This document shows positions 52,601-64,000 of a stretch of 64,000 nt of DNA, in pieces. The notes beneath the pieces were generated by a model. It did no database searches, was not told the DNA's origin, and was given only the letters and a program-made list of their open reading frames with translations. Position 1 is the stretch's first letter; the number at the start of each line of letters is the position of its first letter. Position numbers and translations under genes: made by a program. This DNA comes from Octopus sinensis (lineage: Eukaryota). The stretch lies in NCBI RefSeq assembly GCF_006345805.1, contig NC_043012.1:55242001-55306000 (forward strand), in the 5' to 3' direction.

Positions 52601-53189
52601 AAGAGGACACTTTATTTCATCGGTCATAAAACTATAAAGTCGCAGAGGAGCTTAACCTTAAAACACATCATAAAACACGGCGTAAAGACCACTTTTCATT
52701 ACAGGAGAATGTACAGGCAAAGATACTTTGAAAAAATTCATCTCATTCCAAGAAAATCTTCTTAAGAACTTAATCATAGAACTCGAATTATCTGCGTATA
52801 ACAGTTATGAATGTCAATCAAATAGAGAGAAGTATGGAGGCCTGAGACATTTATGGATGGCGAATTTTTAAAGAATGCATGATACGGATTGTTAAGCCTT
52901 GTGAGTGGATTTGGTAGACGGAAACTGAAAGAAGCTCGTCGTATATAGATATATATGTGTGTGTGTGTTTACCACCCCCATCACTTGACAACCGATGGTG
53001 GCGTGTCTACGTCCTCGTAACTTAGCGGTTCGGTAAAAGAGACCGATAGAATAAGGACTAGGCTTACAAAGAATAAGTGCTGGGGTCGATTTGTTCGAGT
53101 AAAGGCGGTGCTCCAGCATTGCCGCAGTCAAATAACTGAAACAAATAAAAGAAAAGAATAAAAGAATTGTTGTTGTTGTTGTTGTTGTT

Positions 53190-55260
53190 AAGGTGGCGAG
53201 CTGGCAGAATCGGTAGCACACCGGGCGAAATGCTTAACCGTATTTCGCCCGTCCTTACGTTCTGAGTTCAAATTTCGCCGAAGTCGATTTTTCCATTCAT
53301 CCCCTTGCGGAATCGATAAATTAAGTACCAGTTGAGTGCTAGGGTCGATGTAATCGACTTACCCCTTCCCTTAAAATTTCAGGCCTTGAGCCTTTAGTAG
53401 AAAGGATTATTATAATTATTATTATTATTATTATTATTATTATTGCTATTATTAAGGTGGAGAGCTGGCTGATTGTTAGCACATCGGATGAAATGCTTAG
53501 CGGTATTTCGTCTGCCTCTACGTTCTGAGTTCAAATTCCGCCGAGGTCGACTTTGCCTTTCATCCTTTCGGGATCGATTAAATAAGTACCAGTTACGCAC
53601 TGGGGTCGATATAATCGACTTAATCCGTTTGTCTGTCCTTGTTTGTCCCCTCTGTGTTTAGACCCTTGTGGGTAGTAAAGAAATAGGTATTTCGTCCGTC
53701 TTTGCGTTCTGATTTCAAATTCCACCGTGGTCGATTTTGCCTTTCATCTCCTTTCGGGTTCGATAAAATAATTACCGGCTGATGCAATCGACTTACCTCC
53801 CTCCCCGCTACCCCTCCAAAAAAAAATTGCTGGCGTCGTGCCAAAATATGATACCATTACTTTTAGGAGGAAGAGAAGGAAAGGGAGGAGGAAGAGAAGG
53901 AAGAAGAGGAGTAGGAGAGGGAAGAGGAGGAAAAAGTGAAGGAGGAAGAGGAGACGACAGAGGAGGAGCAGGAAAAGGAGAGGGAAGAGGAGGGGAAGTA
54001 AGGGCTTGTTGAGGTGTGCTAATAAGCACTGTAAAACGAACCTATACTGTAGTTTGTATCATCTTTTCCAGAGTGTTCGATAGATCTGTTTGTACGAATG
54101 TTTTATTTTTTGTTTCACGAAGAAATGAAGCAAAATCATTCGAGAATTGTTCTATATTAGAAGTGTTCAGGAAACTTAAAATTTTCGACAGTTTGTTAAT
54201 TCGAATCCAAAATAAGCGATAATTCAATTTGCTCTTCATTATCTCTAAATTTTACAGACAAACAATTGGAATCGATTCAACCCTTTATAATATTTGGATT
54301 TGTGCCTTCATAAAAAAAAAAAAAAACAATTAATATTTATTGTTTTATGGTGGCTGCATCGTTAGCACGCTGGGCAGAATGCTTAACGGCATTTCGTCCG
54401 TTCTGAGTTCAAATTCCACCGAAGTCGATTTTGCCTTTCACCCCCTTTCGGAGTCGATAAATTAAAGTTATCGTTCTAGGGTCGATGTAATCCACTTAGC
54501 CCTTCCCCTAAAATTTCAGGCCTTGTGCCTTTAGTAGAAAGGATTATTATTATTATTATTATTATTTTACTTGTTTCAGCCATTTGACTGCAGCCATGCT
54601 ATTATTATTAAGGTGGCGTGCTGGCAGAATCGTTAAAACTCCAGGCGAATTCCTTAGTGATATTTCGTCTGGCGTTACATTCTGAGTTCAAATTCCGCCG
54701 AGGTTCACTTTCTCTTTCATCCTTTCGGAGTCAATAAATTAAGTACCAGTTGAGTACTGGAGTCGAGGTAATCGACTATCCACTTACTCCAAATTACAGG
54801 CCTTGTGTTTATAGTAGAAAGGATTATTATTATTATTATTATTATTATTATTGAATGAGAGAGCAGTGCATGCCATCAATGTGACACTGGGGTAAAATAT
54901 ACAAAGCCTAGTATACCCATCATGACTACCCGTCGATTTTGCTTTGCATCCCCTTTCGGAATCGATAAAAATAAGTACCAGATACGGACTAGTATTTATT
55001 TAATCGATTTATTCCCTTCCCGATATTGCCGGTCTTGTGCCAAATCTTGGAATCGATATTACAATTTAGGTGAGCTGGCTGAATCGTTAGCTCGCCGAAC
55101 AAATACACTTAGCTAGCAGCGTTTCTTCCGGCTTTACGTTCTGAGATCAAATTCTGCTGGGTTGACTTTGCTTTTCGTCCTTTTGAGGTCGATCAAATAA
55201 GTACTAGAACCAGTTGAGCTCTAATAGCGACGTAATCGATCTCTCCCTTCCAATCAACTA
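53190..55260 (+). mobile_element. Cluster of same-strand S1 SINEs separated by (ATT)n, including a dimer at 53455-53790
   Basis: Copies start near 53190, 53455, 54345, 54610, 54935 and 55070. Confidence 0.85.
54853..54934 (-). mobile_element. 5'-truncated copy E of the ~560-bp element; only the last ~80 nt are present
   Basis: Matches the CACTC(AAT)n end of copies A-D and abuts an ATT array. Confidence 0.8.
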
Positions 55261-56214
55261 TCAAAAATTCCTGGGTTTTTGTCGTAAATTAGCAAGTATA
55301 TCATGGTTTAGGTAAAATTACGTTGATCACAAAACAAGAGATTATCTTTCTACATATTATCTCTCGCTTCCATGATTAAACAAATTAATTTCTCCGGTGG
55401 TATTTATCGTGTGGCATTTACGTTAATCTTTAGAAACTATATGCAGAACGACTCAATACAAATCTCTCGAAGAATTTCAAGGAAACTCTTCAAGTCTTTT
55501 TTTTTCTTTGTAGTTAACATTAACAAACGATTTCTATAGATGGCATATGCGATTATCTTTAGAAACCGAATGTAGAACACCGCAATGTAAAAATATTTCT
55601 AAGGATTTCTATGAGAACAGTTCATGTTTTTATCTTTTTTCTCCTATTTGTAACACTTTCTAAGAAACAGGTAGACACGGTAACCAACAGCCTCCAGCTA
55701 GAGGTACACTTTAGAGGACAGTTTCAAAAGATGTCGATCGTTATTTTCTGTGATGTCCGCACGTGACAGCTGGTCATGTCTCTCAGGTGACGTCACTAAT
55801 AGTTTTGTCTCGGCGTGTTGTCTTATCTTACAATTTCCGATCAACGTTTCTAACAGCACCACCTCTCCCCTCTTCCCCGCCTTCTTTCTCACTCTCTCTT
55901 TCTCTCGTCATATGTGTGTGTGTGTCTGTCTGTTCTTCTCTCTCTTTTCTTCTCTCCAACTTTTTGTCTTACTTTATGTACGAATCTATTTCTCAAACTA
56001 TCTTGCAAAATAAAATATCTAAGAAACACATTATCGGTGTATTGAAATCGTACTAGTTTTGTTTTACTTGTTTCAGTCATTTGACTGCAGCCATGCTGGA
56101 GCACCGTCTTTAGTCGAACAAATCGACCTCAGGACTTATTCTTATAAGCCTAGTACTTACCAGCATCGGTTGTCAAGCGATGGTGGGATGACAAACACAG
56201 ATACACAAACATAT

Positions 56215-56327
<113 letters not shown>

Positions 56328-58434
56328 CGACGGGTTTCTTTCAGTTTCCGTCTACCAAATTCACTCACAAAGCTTTGGTCGGCCTGAGGCTATAGTAGAA
56401 GACACTTGCCCAAGGTGCCACGCAATGGGACTGAACTCGGAAGCATGTGGTTACAAAACAAGCTATTTACCACACAGCCACTCCTGCACCTATATCTAGT
56501 TGAATTTGAACTTGAACGGAACACAAGGCACTGAATAGGACAAATTTGGATTTAAATCTTGTAAAAGTTCTCTCCCAAATAAATGCACGGACCCATTTAA
56601 GTCAGACTCGTTTAAAATCATGAAAAATTTCAAATTCAGTAATACATATAATGATTTACAAAAGTGCTCGAGAAGTCGGACGATAAAACTCACAATCTAT
56701 TCCACATAGATCACAGACATACAATAGACTTCTATCAAATAATAGTTTCAAATTTTGGCGCAAGGCCAGTAATGTTGGGGGATGGGGTAAGTCGAATACA
56801 TCGACTCCTATGCTCAACTGGTACTTACTTTATCGACCCCGAAAGGATGAAGGTAAAATCGACCTCGATGGCATTTGAATTCAGAACGTAAAGACAGGCG
56901 AAATGCTTCTAAGCATTTTATCCGGCGAGGTAACGGTCCTATCTAATAATATCACAAGCACCTAACAAAAAAATAAGTAAATGGAAAAGGAAAAAAGAAC
57001 GTACTAACCTCTACGACGCTACTGACCTAAAGGTAAAAGATGTTGCCACGGAGCTAGGAATCATTCATAAGATAAAAACTTTAGCTTCGCGCCTCCTCAC
57101 GTTAAAAGACTCCAACCCAGCTTTCGCCACCAATCCTAAATGCTGTTTAATAAACCACTCCCACCAAAAAAAAAGAACAGGATTTGATTTGCAAAATGGC
57201 TGTGAATTTTCCCTTGTGAAGAACAGCCTTTTAGTAATAACATAATTCAATAAGATCCCGGATGAAACGAACATCAGATTCAACCAATTCGGCATAATGC
57301 ATTTTTTTCCATCTCGAAGCCTCTCTCAGTCAAAGCACTGGTATATTGGTTCAAATTTTGGTACAAGGCCAGCAATTTCGGGGAATGAGCTAAGTCGATT
57401 ACCTCGACTCCAGTGCTCAACTGGTACTTATTTTATCGACCCCGAAAGAATGAAAGGCAAAGTCGACCTTTGTACTCGAAATTTGTACTCAGAACGTAAA
57501 GACGGACAAAATGCCGCTAAGCGTTTTGCCCAGCCTGCTAACGATTCTGCTAGCTCGCTTCCCGCTGGCGATGCACGAATAAAATTTTCTGTTGGTCGAT
57601 TTCTCTTTTTGTTTAAATGTCTGACGTGTATTATTTGTATTTTTGATGTTGTGGTAACGGAGTTGGGTGGTGGCAAAACTCAATGACTTCCACGATCAGT
57701 GCAAACTCTAGCTACGCATTGCTGAGAGATTTTTGCTTGCAGTTACAGAACAAATCATGACAAATGGCAAATACGATCAGAGGCTATGCTTAAACTTATA
57801 AGCCCATCCAGTACGTTTTGAATATATAGACCAGCAATGTCCTGTGTAACCTTCTTTATTAAAGACAAGTTTTCGGGTATGATTTGAGAGAATACTCGGT
57901 TGCTTTTTTTTTTTTTTTGCTTTTTCTAGAACGATCGCAATAATGGCGGTTCCGGTCGTTGACTCGTTTCAAACGTCAAACGTGTTAATTTGCGAACAGA
58001 AGTTGACAAAAACCACACAAAAAAAAAAAGAATAGAGACACCTACACATATACATGGACACATATAGCTATTTTGATAAACAGGATGCAGCTGAAGTTTA
58101 TTTCAGCTCGCTTCCTAAATGGCAGTTTTCATAAGCTTTGAAGTCTTTCATGTGTCTCTTCTAAATTACCGATTCGAATCGATAATATTGCTACACCAAC
58201 TGGCAAGCTATTGGGAATTATGGAGACAAGCTGGAACGTTTTCATTTTCAATTTTTTTTTTCGTTTCAAACTTATTATTATTGTTTGTTTGTTTTTCTTT
58301 ATTTCTTTCATATTTTGTAAATATAAATATTTACAATCATTTAAGCATTTCCATCTTTCGGCTATTTTTTCATTTCTAAAGCCATATACACGCGTGCGCG
58401 CATATCACATGTATGTGTAATACATATGTGTGTA

Positions 58435-58475
<41 letters not shown>

Positions 58476-58562
58476 TTGTATATAAATTTAATTGTATGTA
58501 TATATACATGTATATATATATAAAATGTGTGTGTGTATATGTATGCACACACATATGTATAT

Positions 58563-58604
<42 letters not shown>

Positions 58605-59040
58605 CATTACTTAATGCACAATATGTATGATGTGCGTTACACATGAGTGCGTGTACATGTTTGTGAATGATTGAATGTGTGTATGGTGTGGGGAGAACGG
58701 GAGAGAGAAGAGATAATATCCTTTCATTTGCATAAAGGTAAAGAGAAAACATTGTCAGCCCAATGAATAGTTGTGCAATAAACGTTGACATAAACTGAAA
58801 TTCTTTACTTCGACGAAGTTGCAATGACGAATACAGAAGGAAAAAATCTGATGTTCTGGGTGTGGGGGTGGTTCCTGTACTTTCGTACAGAGGTAGCTAA
58901 AGTAGGTTTCGTTTGTTTTTTCGAAAAAACAAGTAACCCATGTGGTCCCTCTGACGGTTACAGCTACTACAAAGGAGATAGTCATTTCGTCATGGTACGA
59001 TGTAACTTGTTTCCTCTCTCTGGTTCTCTCTTTCTCTGTT

Positions 59041-59084
<44 letters not shown>

Positions 59085-59190
59085 CCTGAGACGAATTGGC
59101 AACTCATACCCAAAGTGTTTTTTTTCATTATACACAGGGTTACGAGATTAGACTCAGGTAGCAGAGCATCTAAACATCTGACTATATACT

Positions 59191-59385
59191 TATTTCTTTA
59201 CTACCCACAAGGGGCTAAACACAGAAGGGGACAAACAAGGACAGACAGACGGATTAAGTCGATTATATCGACCCCAGTGCGTAACTGGTACTTAATTAAT
59301 CGACCCCGAAAGGATGAAAGGCAAAGTCGACCTCGGCGAAAATTGAACTCACAACGTAACGGCAGACGAAATACCGCTCGGCATT
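59191..59385 (-). mobile_element. 5'-truncated S1 SINE with 14-bp TSD
   Basis: TCTGACTATATACT at 59177-59190 and 59386-59399. Confidence 0.9.
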
Positions 59386-59502
59386 TCTGACTATATACTA
59401 CAATTTCCATTTTATTATTTATTATTTATTATTTTTTGTAAGTAGAATTATAAGCCTTCACCGTATATTGACTATAGAAAACAGTGTAACATCAGGTTTA
59501 AT

Positions 59503-59835
59503 ATGGTACATGTCAGTTCATGCATACCGGCCAATACATCAACGCAAAAAACAGGAAGAATATTTACAAATGTAAATATGAAGAGAAAAAGCAGAAATCT
59601 AATCTACTGCATCAAATGCCCGAATTGTAAAAACATATATATTGGCCAGACAGGGAAACTCATTATCGAGCGCACACGAGTACACCGACAGATCCCATTG
59701 AGCAAACATTTACAAGCATGTGTCGGAAAACGTTCATAATATTCCCATTTTACGAACAGTACAACTCATGTGAAGTTGAGAGAAGTGTAAGAGAAAATAA
59801 TTTTATTGCAAAATTCAAACCCGTTCTAAATGGGC
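59503..59835 (+). pseudogene. Penelope-like GIY-YIG endonuclease remnant
   Basis: KSRNLIYCIKCPNCKNIYIGQTG...ERTRVH...H...C...RENNFIAKFKPVLN. Confidence 0.85.
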
Positions 59836-60004
59836 AGTAATAATGATGCCGCTAATAGTGATGGTGGCTCTGGTGGTAATAGTAGTAATAATAAATGCTA
59901 GGAATTTTAACTGTAATATTGAATTCATTTAAGGCAGGAATACTGTTTATAATATCAAGTGTTCTTCAATATTTGAATATAGCCGAATCCTTTATAGATA
60001 ATTC

Positions 60005-61787
60005 GGCACTGTCATGCGTTTAGCTGTCAGAAGTGAAAGTAGAAAAATCTGACGTCAACTTCGTGTATTTACGTCAGGTTTATACCTTCGTTAATTTACG
60101 CCGTTTATTTACGTACCACCACGCAGTTAGGTTTATAAAATAATTGAAGTTCAGTTTAAAGTTTATAAATAAATACATTTCATTCCATGTTCTGTTTAAA
60201 CTTTATAAATAAATATATTCTTGCATTATTCATTATTGTTTTTAAAAAAGAAATCACCCCCAATCTGCACAAATGCCCAACCTCCCCCCCCCCCACCACC
60301 ACCACCGCGATCACATACACCAATCAGCATGACCAATGACCACCACTACCACCACCGAAACCGCGCGTAATTCAAAGTTGTTCACTTTGATATCAACACG
60401 TGCGAAAAAAATTTCAATATGGCTTCTGCATATCCAAGTGTAAAAGGAATTAATCACCGCGATATTGCCATCGCCACCGCTACAACAGCAGACAGTATTA
60501 ATTGGCTTAAGATGCATGGACTTTTAAATACCCAGAAAATATGTATATCGTGTGGAGCTAGCATGAGGGAAGTAGCTAAAAAAAATTTGTCGGATGGAGT
60601 GATATGGTCATGTGGAATGCCTTGTAGAAAAATGGTTTCAATTAGAAAAGGAACATTTCTAGAAAATAGTAAATTGAAGTGTAAACAAATTATTGATATA
60701 TTATATTATTGGGCAAAAGAAGATTTAGCAAAGGGAATAGCACAGAAATGTCATATAGCAAATGTAGCCGTAACAGATTGGAGAAATTTTTGCCGTGATA
60801 TATGTGCAGAATATTATGTTGCACAAAACATTAAGCTCGGAGGGCCAACCCGAATTGTAGAGATAGACGAAAGCGCGTTTGTTAGAAGAAAATATAATGT
60901 TGGCCATCGGGTTAAAACGCAGTGGGTTTTCGGTGCTTTGGAAAGAGATACCAGAAGATGTTTTTTAGTGGCAATGGAAGATCGGACAGCGGACACCCTT
61001 TTACAAATTATACAAGAGCGTATATTGCCTGGTACAACCATAATTTCCGACCTCTGGCGTTCGTATAATACGCTCAATCAGCTAGGATATAGGCACTTGA
61101 CCGTGAATCATTCAATAAATTTTGTTGATCCGGTAACATTTGCCACAACCAACCACATAGAATGTTTATGGAAGCATGTGAAGAATCGCAACAAAAGAGA
61201 AATGGAACAGCCCGAAATTTACTTCAATCCCATCTCATCGAATTCATGTGGCGTTATGAATTTAAGGAGGAAATATTCGGCAAGTTATTGGAGCAAATTC
61301 GACATCTATATCCATGTGTTTGAGACCTTAGAGAGTATAAGTATCTACAGAGCATAAGTATCACATTTATTTTTAAACTTAACTTCAAACTTCATTTGTT
61401 TTATATTTTGATAAATTCTCTCTGTTGAAAATTATATTTTTATATTCTAAATAATTTGCAATTTCAAAAAATATATTAATTTTGCGTTTTTTAATTTGAT
61501 AAATTCTACGGAATAATTTTGCGTTAATTAATTTGATAAATTAATTCAATTTGATAAATTCTACGGAATAATTTTGCGTTTTTTAATTTGATAAATTTAC
61601 CAATGGAACCCTGTCGAAAATATATTTAGTCTTTTCACTACTGAGAAATTATAAACGATCTTGATAAATTCTACGCGTTTTTTAATTTGATAAATTCTAC
61701 GGAAAGAAACGAAGGTGGACGAGTGACGTCAGATTGACGTCACACTTTTTTTACTTTCCTCCTGACAGCTAAAAGCATGACAGTGCC
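60005..61787 (+). mobile_element. Merlin DNA transposon (IS1595/ISXO2-like), full length, 1783 bp
   Basis: TIR GGCACTGTCATGC(G/T)TTTAGCTGTCAG matches at 25 of 26 positions and continues imperfectly to ~54 bp. Perfect 8-bp TSD GATAATTC at 59997-60004 and 61788-61795. Subterminal AATTTGATAAATTCTACG repeats at about 61490-61705. Confidence 0.95.
60419..61323 (+). CDS. Merlin DDE transposase with one frameshift near 61200
   Basis: Zn finger (CISCG...WSC...C) and catalytic IVEIDES / IISDLWRSY / TNHIECLW. The conserved C-terminus SHLIEFMWR...IRHLYPCV* lies in the frame starting at 61201. One extra A in the 61200-61202 A-run gives a 301-aa ORF. Confidence 0.92.
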
Positions 61788-62197
61788 GATAATTCTTACT
61801 AAAGTGTGTCTATGAATAAGCACTAACAATGTCATTTGTGTTGGCGCGTTCACCAAGCAGTGACGCCTAAGCTGCAAGATGATTGGTTAAATTGTTTTTT
61901 ATGAATAAGATGCTGTCAATCCCAACAATGTTTGTGCGCTAACCAGGCCGTGACAACTAAATCGCACGTTCATTGGTTAAAATACAGTTCGGCAAATGCT
62001 GCTTGCCGGAGCCTACCGGTTATTTAAAGGCTGTATACCCGAAGAATGTGGAAAGCATGAAAGTACTTGACTTATTATAATATGTGACATCGTAAAATTG
62101 TGAAAGTAGGAAAATAAAACGAAAAATCCAGACTATGTTGGCATATTTACCTGTACACAATCATACTAACTCTTAAGATTATGTGTGTGTGTGTGTG

Positions 62198-62254
<57 letters not shown>

Positions 62255-62552
62255 TTGTCAAATACTTAGAATTCTTGGCTTCCGAATAAATTACAAATTA
62301 TACATTGTCTGCTTATATCTATGAAATACTTATCACTGTTGTATGTTTTATGGTATCCAACTATTAAACATATTCTTTTCGGTGGGTACGCCAGTACAAG
62401 ACAAACAAATTCGCTGGAAAGAAAAATAGTTCCAGAACTATTCCCTATCTAAACTCATGAATTTCATCACATTATTCTTCGGATACATCTGACCCTTGAA
62501 GGTCAAGATCAGTGAGCTTTTTTAAATCAAAGTCAATGATAGATATATTGTT

Positions 62553-63156
62553 TCTTATTTCTTTATTACCCACAAGGGGCTAAACATAGAGGGGACAAAC
62601 AAGGACAGACAAAGGGATTAAGTCGATTTCATCGACCCCAGTGCGTAACTGGTACTTATTTTATCGACCCCGATAGGATGAAAGGCAATGTCAACCTCGG
62701 CGGAATTTGAACTCAGAACGTAACGGCAGACGAAATACCTATTTATTTACTACCCACAAGGGGCTAAACACAGAGGGGACAAACAAGGACAGACAAAGGG
62801 ATTAAGTCGATTACATCGACCCCAGTGTGTAACTGGTATTTATTTAATCGACCCCGAAAGGATGAAAAGCAATGTCAACCCCGGCGGAATTTGAACTCAG
62901 AACGTAACGGTAGACGAAATACCTATTTCTTTACTACCCACAAGGGGATAAACACAGAGGGGACAAACAAAGACAGACAAATGGATTAAGTCGATTATAT
63001 CGACCCCAGTGCGTAGCTGATACTTATTTAATCGATCCCGAAAGGATGAAAGGCAAAGTCGACCTCGGCGGAATTTGAACTCAGAACGTAACGGCAGACG
63101 AAATACGGCTACGCATTTCGCCCGGCGTGCTAACGATTCTGCCAGCTCGCCGCCTT
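62553..63156 (-). mobile_element. S1 SINE trimer (one head plus three ~184-bp body/tail units) within a single 17-bp TSD
   Basis: ATGATAGATATATTGTT at 62536-62552 and 63157-63173. Unit junctions are at 62738/62739 and 62922/62923. Confidence 0.92.
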
Positions 63157-63960
63157 ATGATAGATATATTGTTGTTCTTGTTTAGTTTCAAGTAAGTTCT
63201 AATCGAACACTAAAAAAACCATTCCAGCCATGATTTTTTTCCCCATACAGAATGGGTTCTCCATCGGTATCAACGATGATCATTCAGTTGTTCGATCAGC
63301 TGAATTACCTGCTCATGAAATTGTCGTGCAAGTCGCTGAGTATATCGCAGATGTGGAATACTCAGGCATATTCCCATAACGTAAATTTTTCAAGGTAAAT
63401 GAATGTGACACAATATATCGTCGTCATCGTCATCGTTATCATTATCACTCTCAGCATCATTATCATCAATATCGTCATTGTCATCATCGTCCTCGTCGTC
63501 CTCCTTGTCCTGCTCGTCTTCCTTCCCATCCTACTCTTCCTCATCATTATCAAGTGAGTAGGTTGTGCCTTCATATTGTCCATACTCAAAAAGCACCTCA
63601 ACCTTTCTTCTGTTCATCCAGAAGTTACTTCACCACACTGATTATATAGGCTGGAATTTTGAACTCAGAACGCACAGAGAATTGGAAGAGTCACCAGGTT
63701 GACAAAATAAAGTACCAGTAGAGTACTGGCCGCTAAGCATTTTGCCCGACGTGCTAACGATTCTGTCTGCTCACCACCTTAAATACTTTATTCTATATTG
63801 ACCTTTATATTTATATCTCATTTTGTGAATTACAGCGTCGTTGGCGATCGGCAAAACCGCCGAGTAGCAGAGTCGGCAAAACGTCTAGTAAATACTTTTG
63901 CGTTCTCAGTTTACAGTACTCCGAAGTCAACTTTGCCTTTTATTCTTCCGCGATTGATAA

Positions 63961-63996
<36 letters not shown>

Positions 63997-64000
63997 TATT

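Noticed and set aside
56950-57240. ~100-codon open frame without a start codon (…LYDATDLKVKDVATELGIIHKIKTLASRLL…)
   Set aside because: No splice signals, and only a vague resemblance to LINE ORF2 C-termini. Probably a retroelement relic, too weak to call.
60419-61357. 312-aa ORF taken at face value, or as bacterial IS1595 contamination
   Set aside because: The last ~50 residues are out of frame relative to the conserved Merlin C-terminus. The element is integrated with a TSD in host-type repeat-rich flanks.
62553-63156. Regularly spaced repeats suggestive of a CRISPR-like or satellite array
   Set aside because: The units are whole SINE bodies with no unique spacers, and there are no cas-like genes in this eukaryotic context.
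63420-63600. Acidic D/E-rich reading frame on the minus strand
   Set aside because: It is a degenerate GAT/GAC triplet repeat with an internal stop and no splice signals.

Overview
AT-rich, microsatellite-dense animal genomic DNA. The repeat families look like those of an octopus (coleoid cephalopod); this is an inference and no database was consulted. One host gene is firmly supported: the 5' end of coatomer subunit gamma (COPG) on the minus strand, with coding exons 1-4 at 8423-8384, 4975-4926, 2550-2470 and 790-719. The ORF track misses it because the exons are short, and the gene continues off the left edge. The remaining ~55 kb is mostly mobile DNA: several tRNA-head SINE families; R4/Dong-like restriction-endonuclease (REL) LINE fragments in (TAA)n arrays; Penelope-like, Tx1 and CR1 remnants; three mariner relics; a non-autonomous Helitron; MITEs; and a near-intact Merlin (IS1595/ISXO2-like) transposon at 60005-61787 with TIRs and a perfect 8-bp TSD. 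Almost all long ORFs in the supplied track are microsatellite translations. The strongest leads are: (1) two different ~200-bp elements carrying minimal hammerhead-ribozyme folds with covarying stems and non-canonical cores; (2) a ~560-bp unclassified element that always sits in (AAT)n on the same strand as the Dong-like LINE; (3) the Merlin transposase, one base from intact; (4) a SINE trimer inside a single TSD whose junction recurs at another locus. I found no single wholly new multi-gene system. A 100-N gap at 23003-23102 makes adjacency across that point uncertain.
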